The notes under the pieces are model-generated. The model ran no database searches. It was not told where the DNA came from and saw only the letters and a program-made list of their open reading frames with translations. Made by a program: the position numbers and the translations under genes. A stretch of DNA of 64,000 nt from Bugula neritina (Eukaryota > Animalia > Bryozoa): positions 1,178,001 to 1,242,000 of the forward strand of contig OZ037772.1 in assembly GCA_964035545.1 (NCBI GenBank), given 5' to 3'. This document shows positions 14,001-25,274 of this stretch, one piece after another. Within the stretch, counting starts at the first letter, position 1, and each line of letters starts with the position of its first letter.

Positions 14001-15172
14001 GAAGGACCTCTCCTCATCCTCTCACTTGAAGGTAAATACTCTGTTTATTATAGTAAGTCTAGTTATTTTATATATAATTATGTTGTAGTAAATAATATAT
14101 TTTAATAATTAACTGTAAACAACTTCCACTCATAAGATATATTATGATATTGTTAGTATTTATCAAGTCACTGATGTTATTTTTAGCTAAAAGTTATGTA
14201 TTAAAGAGTGTAACATGCTGATAGTAGATGTTGTATTCTTCATCACATGACTTGTAGCTAATAATAATATTAGTGAATAATACTGCCTCCCTGCAATAAG
14301 TTTATTTCCAGCTGCAGTAACGTGCAGGATGTAAGCACAGGTAAAAGTGTATAATATATTGTACAGGTTTAAGGTGTACTCTGTGTAGTGTGCAGTGAGC
14401 TCTTAGTAAACTCTCTATTCAGTCTTCCTTTCCAAGTGTTCACCTGGTAGAGTAGAGGATAGGGACTCCACACTGCTAAGTGAGTTGGTGCTGCAAGGGG
14501 TTCAAACCCACCCATCAGCGTGTCTAGTTAGTATACTATGCAAGTGTTTTACAGTAATTTTAGAGGTGCTCAGTCTAACAACTGTACAGACTGCCAGCTA
14601 CACATGAGTTATGAGTTGTAGTTTGACTTCAGTCTAGTGCTGCTATTGTTTTGGTCATCAGATAATTTAAATATAAATAATTTGATACTTTTTGACTGCC
14701 ATTACTGAGACTAGAGTAACTTGATGATGGCTTGTCGAGCAGTGTTTGCTGGTGGGACTCAGTTGGCTGTGGTTGGTTCTTGTCAAGTATTTAATATGTG
14801 ATAATGTTGGAGTAGCTGCATTAGTAGTAATAGAAGTAGACATGTGGGTGTGTTCATGCTAAGAGCCACAGGCTAAGTTTGTGGGTCAAGGTCAATACAG
14901 TTGTATAAGGAGACACTATTTTCTGCTGTTTGAATATTTACTTCATGCATGTAACCTGCTTAGTTCCATCTTTAAAGGCAGTCTGTCTGTTTCTCTCAAT
15001 ACACACCAACTGATACAATATGATGCTATTATTTACAGGTCAACTGGTGCTTACTGTTCCCAGAGAAAGTCTTGGTGTGAGTAGCTGGGTGTGGGACATT
15101 GCTGTGTATGACAGAGACACAGTGTTTCTAGCAGGTGAAGATGGACTGAGGAGATACACAATAAAATACTAA
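8072..15172 (+). CDS. TRIM-family E3 ligase (RING, B-box 1, B-box 2, coiled coil, C-terminal NHL-like beta-propeller), 619 aa
   Basis: Exons 8072-8253, 10464-10644, 10842-11031, 12034-12239, 12671-12950, 13345-14031, 15039-15172. All introns are GT-AG with matching phases (2,0,1,0,1,1); total 1860 nt ending TAA. C3HC4 RING CGYC...CLHVYCMRC...CAYC; B-boxes CDVC...C...CQQH and CEHH...CSKC...CMRC. Confidence 0.92.
8560..9036. mobile_element. Partial hAT-like MITE in a TRIM intron
   Basis: 3' end ...GGTTGGGAACCACTG and the ~100 bp before it resemble the end of 11286-11856; left boundary is approximate. Confidence 0.55.
11286..11856. mobile_element. hAT-like MITE in a TRIM intron
   Basis: Termini CAGTGGTGTCCCA / TGGGAGCCACTG; 8-bp flanks match only partially (old copy); internal ~45-bp direct repeat (11421, 11699). 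Confidence 0.65.
14290..14560 (-). mobile_element. Possible tRNA-derived SINE remnant in the last TRIM intron
   Basis: Minus strand reads GTGGGTTTGAACCCCTTGCAGCACCA (B-box-like T arm plus CCA) at ~14485-14511; boundaries approximate. Confidence 0.4.
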
Positions 15173-15351
15173 ACTTATCAGCTACAGTTTACTAATAATC
15201 AGCTCAGTGAGGTGCTGAGAGATAAAATGGATAATATTTGTCATCATCATAGTTGGATTCATTACAATTCATCATTACACACACTCTGTATTTATAGTTA
15301 GATATGAGATGTTTTACTGTATCAAATATATATGTTGCCAATTTACTATCT

Positions 15352-15357
15352 AATAAA
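15352..15357 (+). promoter_or_regulatory. Polyadenylation signal of the TRIM gene
   Basis: AATAAA 180 nt after the stop codon. Confidence 0.65.
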
Positions 15358-16603
15358 GTTTATTTGCTAGCGAAAATATAGCAGTATATATTTTCCTAGA
15401 ATGTTGTTTAGAGACATAAAAAAACTGCCTATGCACAACATACTTTGCATCTGTTTAGTATCTAGTAATTAGACATAAAAAAATCAAAGCCAATTATAAG
15501 GCAAAAGACCATAATACTGTACTATCATTGGATAGTTCTTCATCAATAAACAGGTAGTCGCCAGTGGTGGATATGAACCCCTCCTAGATGTTTCTCGTAC
15601 TTCTTCCTCAAAAAACATTTTCATTAAGCCAAAAAGAAATAACAATACACCTTTTTAGTATACACTTTTTAATTTCTGACTGATATTTCACCTTATTTCC
15701 AATTATAATTAACTTTTAACCGGCACTTTTCTTTGTAGTAATTCCTACCCTTTAGACTGTGTACTTTGAAATGAGTCTGTTTTACTCGTTACATAAAGTA
15801 TAGTTGCACTGGCTACAGGTTGACACAAAAGCAAGCCTATCTTGATAAAATCATGCGCAAATGTAGAAACTACCGAGGAGTTTGTTCCTCATAATTAGAA
15901 ATTGACAAATTATTTTTAATCCGTTTAAAAGCATCTGGTTAGGGAAGCATATGACGTGTTCAATTTGTTATTCTAGCATTAACAATAACAGAATGCAATA
16001 ATTATAAGTTTATGAAAGTAATTTGTTTTCTTTCTAATTACAAATATAATATTTTAGCATATATTATTGTAAATTTATAAGGCTTGCATTAGCAGGGCAT
16101 AATTTCACAGTATCTCGTCCTCAGACATAACACTTATGTACCAATACGAGATACATTACATCATAATTACATGTTGTCTATCGGCAAAAATTTTGCAGTA
16201 GCCAATCATAGTACTATAACAGGGCAGTCTGAGTGTAGTATCTCGTTTATCGGCATAATTATAATAGCCCGTAGTTGAAGATGGAGTTGGAAGCTTTTCA
16301 AATACCTCCCGCATATAATAGCATTTATGCTAGTCCTTAAAACTAAATAAACATTATGGTAGACCAATAATCATGAAAGCTCTACTCATTTGTAACTGGA
16401 GGATTTGCAGCACCACAATACTAAATTTCTTGCATTGGAGGTGCTTAGGCTGTGTTGTCATAGTTATATGTACTTATTGGGGCTTGGTATAAAATTAAAC
16501 CTGACAATTATAACGATTAAAGTATTATTGCTGTGGTTTTAACTGACCAACTTTGGAGTTATTATCTCGATTCTTTGTCAGGAATGGTTAGATAATTTCA
16601 TGC

Positions 16604-16667
16604 AATAATGAGTTTTGGCTTTATATCATTATAAATAATGAGTTTTGGCTTTATATCATTATAAATA
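16604..16667. repeat. 30-bp tandem duplication
   Basis: AATAATGAGTTTTGGCTTTATATCATTATA present twice. Confidence 0.9.
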
Positions 16668-17749
16668 TCTACATTAATGGCAGCACTGAGCTAGAATTCT
16701 AATATCTTTTCAAGCTCATTGGGTGGCAGCTTATCGGCTAAATTTTATGCAGATATTGAATAATGTGGTTTGATAGTTATGCTATATTGTTAGGTTCACA
16801 AGCATCTTTAAAAAGTTATAATTATTGCGTTGACCATAGGGCAAAAAATTACCTAAAGAGAGGGCAGACAACTCCAAAAGATTGTTTTCGCAGAAGCAAG
16901 TAAAATTCAGCTAAACTGAATACTCCAACTGATCAACATTTTCATCTATTGAAATTGAAGAAAAGTTAAATATTATTATACTATTCTAATCATGAATAGG
17001 CACAAGCTAAAAAGATATTTATTTCAAAAAATATAAAAAGTAAAGTAACACAACAATGTTTGCAAACGCAGACCTAAAAATGTGAATATTCTAGCTTGAA
17101 ATTAAGTCTGAAATTCAGACTTTTCTAGGTTGAATTGACTTTAATTGACTCACCAGAAAAAACAATTCATAAAATTATAAAGACAAGCATATAATGAAAA
17201 ATGTAGTTCATTAGCAAAACTGGAGGAAAGCACTTTTTTTCTAGAAATCGTTCGATTACATAATACATTTTTGTGCAAATGATATTTTTTAATAAAATGA
17301 AACTGTTGTATTGTTTGGCTAGATGAAGTTTCAAAAGTATTTTTAATATTTTCTCAAATAAAGTAGACATGCACTCCATTTTCACATTTTTTGGCAAAAC
17401 ATATGATTGGGATTCAGTAGTCAATCAGTTAAGTTTGACACAAGGAGTTGTCACATCCATCCTAAAGAACAAGACCATCTACAATAACAAACATGGAAAG
17501 TACTTAAAATTACATTTAAGTTTACAATAATCCTTAAAATATATGTTGCCTTCTGCAAATGCTAAATAAAACACGATGTAATGCTATGTTTACTTAGACT
17601 AAATCTTGCTGACTTACAATGAAATTCATTCATTTCAATTTGAAAATTCCTGTCAATAACTTGACTATGCTAACAACTAATTGTAATACCAAAATCACAC
17701 TGCTACTTTTAGTTTAGGGAATTTATTTTCATTATTAGTTCAATATTCA

Positions 17750-19570
17750 GCAGAGGTTTTTCTTTAATGAACAAACAATAGGCATACATGCAGATGAAAG
17801 ATTAGGTCTAGTGAATACTAATTTTGTGCCTAACAAAAAAAAAATGAAAGACTGCATGAAAAACTAACAACTCTAAAAAAATGCAATTTGAATGAGGCTC
17901 AGGCTTTTAGGTGAGCAAGAGTAACCAGAAGAGCTACTTTAATGGAAGAAATTACTGACTGATTGTGTAGTTGCAGGCTGCATGGTGTGTTTTGATTGTC
18001 ACAACCACTTTTGAAAAGGGAAAATCCATTAAATTAAGACTACTGGCAAACAACAGAACGATAAGGAAAAAATACCAAGTAGAAATTCACTTCTCAAAGC
18101 AAACTGTAGTTAATGCATTATAGATGCTTAGAAGAAGCAGGCAATAGTGAATGCTATAGGGCCTATAGTGTAGATCAGGATTCTATACAATGACAAGTAA
18201 ACTGAAATTCCAGTGCACTTTGAAACTACTTGTAAGAATGGGCTTAGTGCTTTGTAGTGCCTTGAAATTTTTTCAAGTCTAATTGGCACCATGCTATTAG
18301 AATTCGCAGAGAGATGACCCTTTAAACTTTCACTTTAAACTTTAATACCTTCACGATTTTCAGTAAGAAATTCAATTTATCTAGGTCTGAAATTTCACCG
18401 AGTTGCATTGCAAGCCGCTGGTCAAAATGTTTAGTTTGTGATAACTTAATCAGCTGATTTCAGAATAACAATCATTGGGAATGACATCTTCATGTAGATA
18501 TAGATATTTATGCTTATAATTATATCGGCTGCCTTCATCAATCATCGATACTATGCTGCCAAATCAACTAATTAATTACAGTTGGAAACTTCAAAGGGCA
18601 TTGAATAGCAATTAAGCAAGTTATACTTTTAATATTACAAAAAGAACTTATGCATCAATATGATTTAAAATATAGGTGGGCACTCCGCTAGTGATATTAA
18701 CTGAAACTGGAACTTTTTTCATGCAGGAAAAGCAAAAACGCATCTCAACAGAAACCCAAAAATTTCCAGCACACTTTATGCTTTGACAACACGCACACAA
18801 TAACTTTGTTTATGGTACAAACCTTTTTGTTGATTGTTTTCCAACATTTTCACTAGAGCAAAGCCGAAAGAAATTTGGAAACTGCAAAATGATGCCAGCC
18901 ACCGTGGCATCATCTTCTCTGGAAAATTATTGACAAATCATCACCCAAAAACTTCAGCAAAGCCTCCATCAATAGTATGTAATACTTTAGGTGAAACTAA
19001 AAAGAAAGAGACAATATTTTCGTGTAATTTAACCCATCAATAAACGCATCAATAGTTAGTGTGGCCACGGTTTAAACCTCATTAATTTCATGCTATTTAA
19101 GGCTTTTACAACTTAAAAGAAGTAATTCATCTGCAAGAGAAATGTTAGGTATATGAAATGAGTAGAAGTGCAAAAGCAAGCAGGTATTAAGGAAGGAAGA
19201 GTTAGTAGGTGTACTTTGACTTGCGATAAATCAATGTGATACCAGATGTGAATTTTGAGGTGTGTTTACTCCAATCTTACTGAAAAGGTAGAAATAGCTA
19301 AATTTACGAGACACACAATATTTTATAAAACACTGCACATTCATTAAAACTTTATAAAACTCTAGTGTGAAGGGTGACTCACACTTTTAAACCGTCAATG
19401 AGCTAAGTTGTAAAAGTTTGATGAGAACCTTTTACTCTATAAATTTATGCAATATAAAATACTCTCCACATATTCAACAGCTACGAAGTTTTGTTGAAGA
19501 TAAACTTCCTCAACAAATATACAGAAAAAAGCTATTTGAAAGCCAAATTTCATTAGCATATTATAAGATT
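17750..19570 (+). pseudogene. Heavily decayed putative hAT transposase, N-terminal and central part
   Basis: Frame-broken fragments: CMVCFDC...EIHFSKQ (zinc-finger-like), HC-x-x-H-like at 19331, YSPHIQQLRSFVEDKL...KKLFES at ~19460-19545, in the order expected for hAT. Weak motif-level evidence only. Confidence 0.4.
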
Positions 19571-20043
19571 ATTTGTGTTTCATCTTTATAAACAGTGATA
19601 TAGTCATTTAACGGATAACTAATGATTTCACTTTGTTTTTCATTCAATAAAAACTAAGTGTAGTTGGTATTAATAACAGCTTTCATTTCTCACTTTTTTT
19701 CTCACCCTAATCTGCGTAGGCAAACAATTGGTTTGTTTCAAACACCACAACAGTAAAGCGTGACAGCATAGCCAGTGGAGAAAACAATCATCTATACTGC
19801 TGGATCAGTGGCAACTTGTGAGTGTGTCAGAGTAGTGTCTTGTTGTGTGACTCTACAAATAAATTATGAATTTGAATATACTACAAAGTTGCAAACATTG
19901 TTTTAACAAAACACAGCATTTATTTGATATTGTATGTAAAGCTCAAGTTGGTATAATATATATTAAATAAATTTTAGCTTTCCTTTTGGATATTCTGAAA
20001 CAAAATAAAAAAATAAACCAAAATTGGGTAAAGCCATGCAAAC

Positions 20044-20360
20044 TAGAGAGAGAAAGAAAGTGGGAGAGGGGGGGTGGGAGAGAACGGTTAGGAGAGAGGA
20101 TGGAAGAGAAATGGGGTAGAAGAGAGAAAGGGAGAGAGTCAGAGAGATAGTGGAAAAGGGAAGAGAGAAATGTTAGGAGAGAGAGAAGGTGGGAGAGACG
20201 GAGAGTGGGAGAGAGAGAAGGTGGGAGAGACAGAGGGTGGGAGAGAGGGAGGGTGGGAGAGAGGGAGGGTGGGAGAGAGGGAGGGTGGGAGAGAGGGGGA
20301 GAAAGAGAGAGAGGTTGAGTGGAAGGTGTGGGAGAAAGAGACAGAGAGAGGAGTGAGAGA
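20044..20360. repeat. GA-rich low-complexity repeat (GGGAGAGA / GGGTGGGAGAGA units)
   Basis: Direct inspection; accounts for the spurious ORFs in 19943-20583. Confidence 0.95.
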
Positions 20361-23300
20361 GCTTCCAAACTAACACCATTGACTTAAAAAATGTTGATAA
20401 AAACTGCAGCAAGTCTTTAAAAACGATGCTAGCAAGTTCAAAGCTCACTATAACTTTCAAAATCAATAAAATGTCAAGTTCAAAAAACTCATCTGCGAGC
20501 AAAAAATAGTTACAGCGACAACCAGGTATTGGGCAAGAGCCAGCTAATAGGAGTACCTTTTTAGATAAACTGCATGCAGGCACAGTGAGATAGCATCGGT
20601 GAGTTGTGTCTTCATTTTAATTTCCTAAAAATGAACATAAACAAATGCTAGTAATGAAAGTTTTCAGGGTTATTAAGGGTGCAATTTTATCACTAAACAT
20701 CATAGCAATAGCAAAAATTGCTCAGTACAAATTTAAGAAAAATTTCTTTCATCCATTACATAATACCCGAAATCAAATCCATTTATTCAATTCATCAAGC
20801 TGAAAAACCAAGAATAATCAGAAAGACAGTAAAATCACGTTCTAGTAAAAAACAGCTTTAGATCATAATTGTTGGGTTCAGCTCTTAAGCTAAGACACCG
20901 ATGCACTGAAATACGACAAAGATCAGCATACTTTTGACTGTCACAAAATTTATTTTACGTGCAACAGACATTTTAAGGTCACCCGCCACCCGCGCAGGAC
21001 CACGTTGGTGAAAGGTGACCAGATATTTTAAGGTCAATCAAAATCAAGCAAAGTTCATCGTCATATTGCTTACTGCTGAATGCTGCAGCTTATTTTTGCT
21101 TACCAAGTTTCTTTCTGCAGAATAATTGTAGCTAGCTTCTCGATTTGCCATCTTTATTCCAGTCCAGGTTCAAATGACATCTTGATCGTTGCAAATATCC
21201 ATGCAAGCTAAAAAATATTTATCAATCAGTACAACAACAGAAATACTTACAATGATCCAAATATTACTATTACATTACTATAACATTACACAGTAACACT
21301 ATGTTTATAATTGTAATACGGAAGCATGACTTTGTGGTAGTTTGATATGCTATAGCAAAAGGTAGAAAAATCAACTGAAAAACCGACAGAAATAATCAAG
21401 TACAATTAACTAAAGTAAATAAACTTACTGATTAGTAAATATTTTACTATACTTAGTGAATTGATTTACTTCCACTAGGTTTACTTTCATGATTAAATGC
21501 TTCTGTCTATTTTCCAGTTTATAGGAATATATTGAAAGTGAAACCAATTATAATTACTATTACCTTATCTAGTTTTGACTATATATTTTTCACAAATATA
21601 AACATAGTTATATGCGTATTCCTATTGTGACTGCAGATACCATTGCGGTAACTGAACTCAAACTTCATTCTACTTCAAGTTTCAAACATTGTCCCAGTTC
21701 AAAGACTAACAAGTAAATAATTAATAACTGTGAAAGCTCCAATAAGTTACTTCATTATTAAATAAGATACAACTGATTCTACTGTATATGATATATGGTA
21801 TCTGTATTAAATTAAAACATAATTATGAAAATCAAAAGTTGTATTTTGAGCACTTATATTATAGTAATTAAATTAACAGCTTAAAATAGGCACATTAAAC
21901 CATGATTGGAATTTTTATCCATTTATCTTTATAATTATATTTATTCTTTATTCTGAAAGTTGACCCAACACTGGTAACAAAACTAAAAGTAATTGATTAA
22001 GTATGATTTATTCTTACACACTTTACCATTATATTTAGTCTTCCTGACTTTCAGTCTGTCATAGTGACTACTACTATATGAAAATGACTTTGACTTAGGA
22101 GTCATAATTATAGTCACAGTGTTGATAAGTCAACAGTGTAGGATTAACACAGCACTAGACTAGTACTACCTCCAGCTTTCAAGTTTATGTTAGGGTATCT
22201 CTAAGACTAAAGAGTAACCCTAATAATGTAAGCAAAGAGCAGTGAGTAATAAGCATGCTATTCAACTTCAAGTTTCACTAGTACTATAACCAATACCACA
22301 TGTATTTTAATAAAATTATGTAGCTGGTGAGTGAACTATAAAATTAAATAGGGATCAAACTTTGAGCAATATTAATAGAAATAATATTAGGACAGAGGTT
22401 TCCAATTATTAGTATGTGAAACCAAAGGGGAATGGATAACTACTATTAGTATTATTACATTTACTTTATATTTAGTTTTACCAGTTCGTATTATGATTAT
22501 CTTACTTTGAATTGTAAAGTATAATAATTATAATATTCATAGTAGTATATTTATATTAGTAATTAATATGTATATTAGTAAAAACATTTGTTTTAAGTTG
22601 CTTGTTTATTAAATTATTCTAAATCCTAATAACGATAATCTTAATATTAGTGATAATCATTATGCTCATCACTGTCCCCAAGTGCTATCAGTATGACCAT
22701 CGCAATGTGAACCTAGACGTGAATGTAAAAAGGCACTGCAAAACAGAACATGGGATGGAGGCAGATATCCATACCATAATACAAATATTGAATTTGATAA
22801 TCATAATTATTATACAAATATAATGATAATAACTACAATGATCAAAAATAAATAATACCAAAGAGTTTTCGGATTACTATTCATAAAATCAAATATCACA
22901 TTTATAAAGATATAATCATATATATTATTAAATTTAAGTCAATTATACTAATAGCAATAGTAATATAAATAGAAAAAAGAATCATTGACCAGGAGTAGGT
23001 GCAAAATAAAAGTCAATTTTAAGACAAAGAGTAAGAAAAATACTAAATCGATATTTAAAATTACTTATTTTTAATCTTAGTCACTTACAGTCAGTCTTAG
23101 TTTAATTTTTACTACTAAGTCTTTAATTTCAAGTTCATTTTGACAATAAACTTGAAGACTTTAACTAAGAATATGTATAATTCAAAATTCCAAACTGGTA
23201 CAAGTAAAAGTTGCTACCGAAGCTTTGTAATATTATTTTAAATTATTGGTATGATAGCATTATATTTTGATTCATAGCAATACTGATAGTGACAATTTCA

Positions 23301-23972
23301 AACATACCCATACCATTACTGTTACAGTTTAAGTTACTATTGCCATTGTGATTGCCGGTAATGAGTAAATATAACTTAAATTTATATGACTATTACTATT
23401 ACTATTAGTATTACTATCACTTTCAGTACCGGTCTAGTATCAGTATCACCTTAATTCAAAATCAATGTATAATTTATCAAATTACTTTTATATTATCATT
23501 TATCAATAATATGTCTATCACTATGATATTATCATGATATTGATTTTTAATTTAAACATAATAAAATCATAGGTATAATCATAATGATAATCATAATCAT
23601 AATGCTTAATTTTACTTTTAGTTCAGGTTCAATGATTTAAGAGTAAGTGAAAGTTACTATAACTATTGCCATTGTGATTGCTAGAAATAAGTAAATATAA
23701 TTTAAATTTATATGACTATTAGTATTACTATTACCAACACTCAGACTTACTCGGACTCACTCTGTCTCTAACTCTAAGTCTGAGTCTCACTGCACCAGAG
23801 TGAGAGTGATACTGAATTACTATAACTATTAATATTACTATTAGTATTAGTATTAGCAAAGTATATCAACCTTATGATTATCTTATTAGTTATTACAATA
23901 TGTTCGGCATTGATGTTGAACTAAAAATATTAATAGTTATTTCAATCACAATGACAATGCAAATATCAATAT

Positions 23973-24278
23973 TGTGGTGGTTCGTGGAACTACCAGCAGC
24001 ACAACATGTAGGGTCGCGTAATTGACCCGGAACAATGGATAGCCAATTAGCGTAGTTGATAGTTAGCAGCAATTGTAGTTTCCCGCTGCTAACTCAGTCG
24101 AAGCTAGAGTGTGAAATAGATTAGATGTGTAACTTGTTGGAAATAATGTATCGTGTTTTTATAATGTATAATTGTGTATAAAATATACTCGTTCACTCGA
24201 CTTAGCCTGGTGCAGTTCTATACTAGATAAATAGACTCTCTGGATAGCATATCAACCCAAAAACAGAAAACTATAACA
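23973..24278 (+). repeat. 5' LTR of Gypsy copy 2 (subtype B)
   Basis: TG...CA, direct repeat of 31162-31467. Confidence 0.97.
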
Positions 24279-24279
24279 G

Positions 24280-24297
24280 TGGTGGCAGCGGTGGGAT
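24280..24297 (+). promoter_or_regulatory. Primer binding site for tRNA-Leu (AAG/TAG type)
   Basis: TGGTGGCAGCGGTGGGAT, 1 nt after the LTR, is the 18-nt complement of the animal tRNA-Leu 3' end ...AUCCCACCGCUGCCA-CCA. Confidence 0.9.
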
Positions 24298-24309
24298 AGT
24301 GCATCCAAG

Positions 24310-25269
24310 ATGGAGACTGAAAATGCTGAAACTCAACCACCGGCAATCGAAGGTGAGCGTAGAGACAATGCTGTAGAGACAATGCCTGTTAACCATGTAG
24401 TAGAAGAGCGAAGGGTTCCGCGAGAACTAGCTGAAGACCGCTACAGGTTAAAGGCGCCCACCTTCACGGGTGAAGAGGAGGTGGAACAATTTATCCAAGA
24501 GTTTAGCGACGTAATGGACGTCGCTCAGTGGCCCCCTAGGGTGGCCCTGCTGAAGCTTAGAATGGCATTGATGGACAAAGCCAAGCCCTATGGGCTGGGC
24601 GTAGACATTGATAATATCTTTGCTTCTCTGCGGGCCCGCTTTGGCCTCTCGACTACAGATGCCAGGGCCCGATTACAGAGGTTGCGGCGTGATCCCCGCA
24701 CCCCGCTGCGGGAGCATGCCACCGCGGTCATGAAGCTTGCACAGATCGCGTACAGCGACTTGCCCCCAGTCAACCGCGAGAGGTACACCCTCGACGCTTT
24801 CATAGCATCTGTCGACGATCTGGGTCTCCACCACCAGTTTCTAGCTAGGGGAGTCACCACCGTTGAAGATGCTCTGACTGAGGGGGAAGCTTACCTCCTA
24901 GCTAACCAAATGCATAAAAGTCGCGGAAGCTCCCGCCAAGTGGAGATAGACCGCGCAGACACGGCCGCGGGACAAGGGGAGGAAACCCCCGCCGCGGCTG
25001 CCGTGTCCCAGTTGGCGACGGCATCAAAAGTCACTCAACTGACGGACATGCTAGCTAAGCTGATAGCAACACTGACCCCACAAAACCCAGTGAGTACCGC
25101 CCCTGAGCCCATGCGGCCATTGGCGCCGCCACAGGGAGAAACAGTCAGTTTTTGCTGGGAGTGCGGAAATCAAGGACATTTCCGCCGATATTGTCCCTTC
25201 CTAAATCAGGGGTTAAACTACCGCGGCCCGCAGATGTTCCCACCTTCCGCGGGCCGACGAAACCTCTAG
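24310..25269 (+). CDS. gag: Gag (capsid-like region plus CCHC zinc knuckle), 319 aa
   Basis: ORF directly after the PBS; APTFTG...FIQEF capsid-like start; CWECGNQGHFRRYC knuckle. Confidence 0.95.
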   Translation: METENAETQPPAIEGERRDNAVETMPVNHVVEERRVPRELAEDRYRLKAPTFTGEEEVEQFIQEFSDVMDVAQWPPRVALLKLRMALMDKAKPYGLGVDIDNIFASLRARFGLSTTDARARLQRLRRDPRTPLREHATAVMKLAQIAYSDLPPVNRERYTLDAFIASVDDLGLHHQFLARGVTTVEDALTEGEAYLLANQMHKSRGSSRQVEIDRADTAAGQGEETPAAAAVSQLATASKVTQLTDMLAKLIATLTPQNPVSTAPEPMRPLAPPQGETVSFCWECGNQGHFRRYCPFLNQGLNYRGPQMFPPSAGRRNL

Positions 25270-25274
25270 GGAAG
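25212..25274 (+). promoter_or_regulatory. Predicted -1 ribosomal frameshift signal (G_TTA_AAC plus pseudoknot)
   Basis: Heptamer 25212-25218 in the gag/pol overlap; stem CGGCCCGC 25224-25231 / GCGGGCCG 25249-25256; loop TTCCC can pair with GGGAA 25269-25273; pol is in the -1 frame. Confidence 0.75.

Noticed and set aside
19943-20583. Pro/Leu/Ser- and Glu/Gly/Arg-rich ORFs
   Set aside because: Products of the GA-rich repeat.
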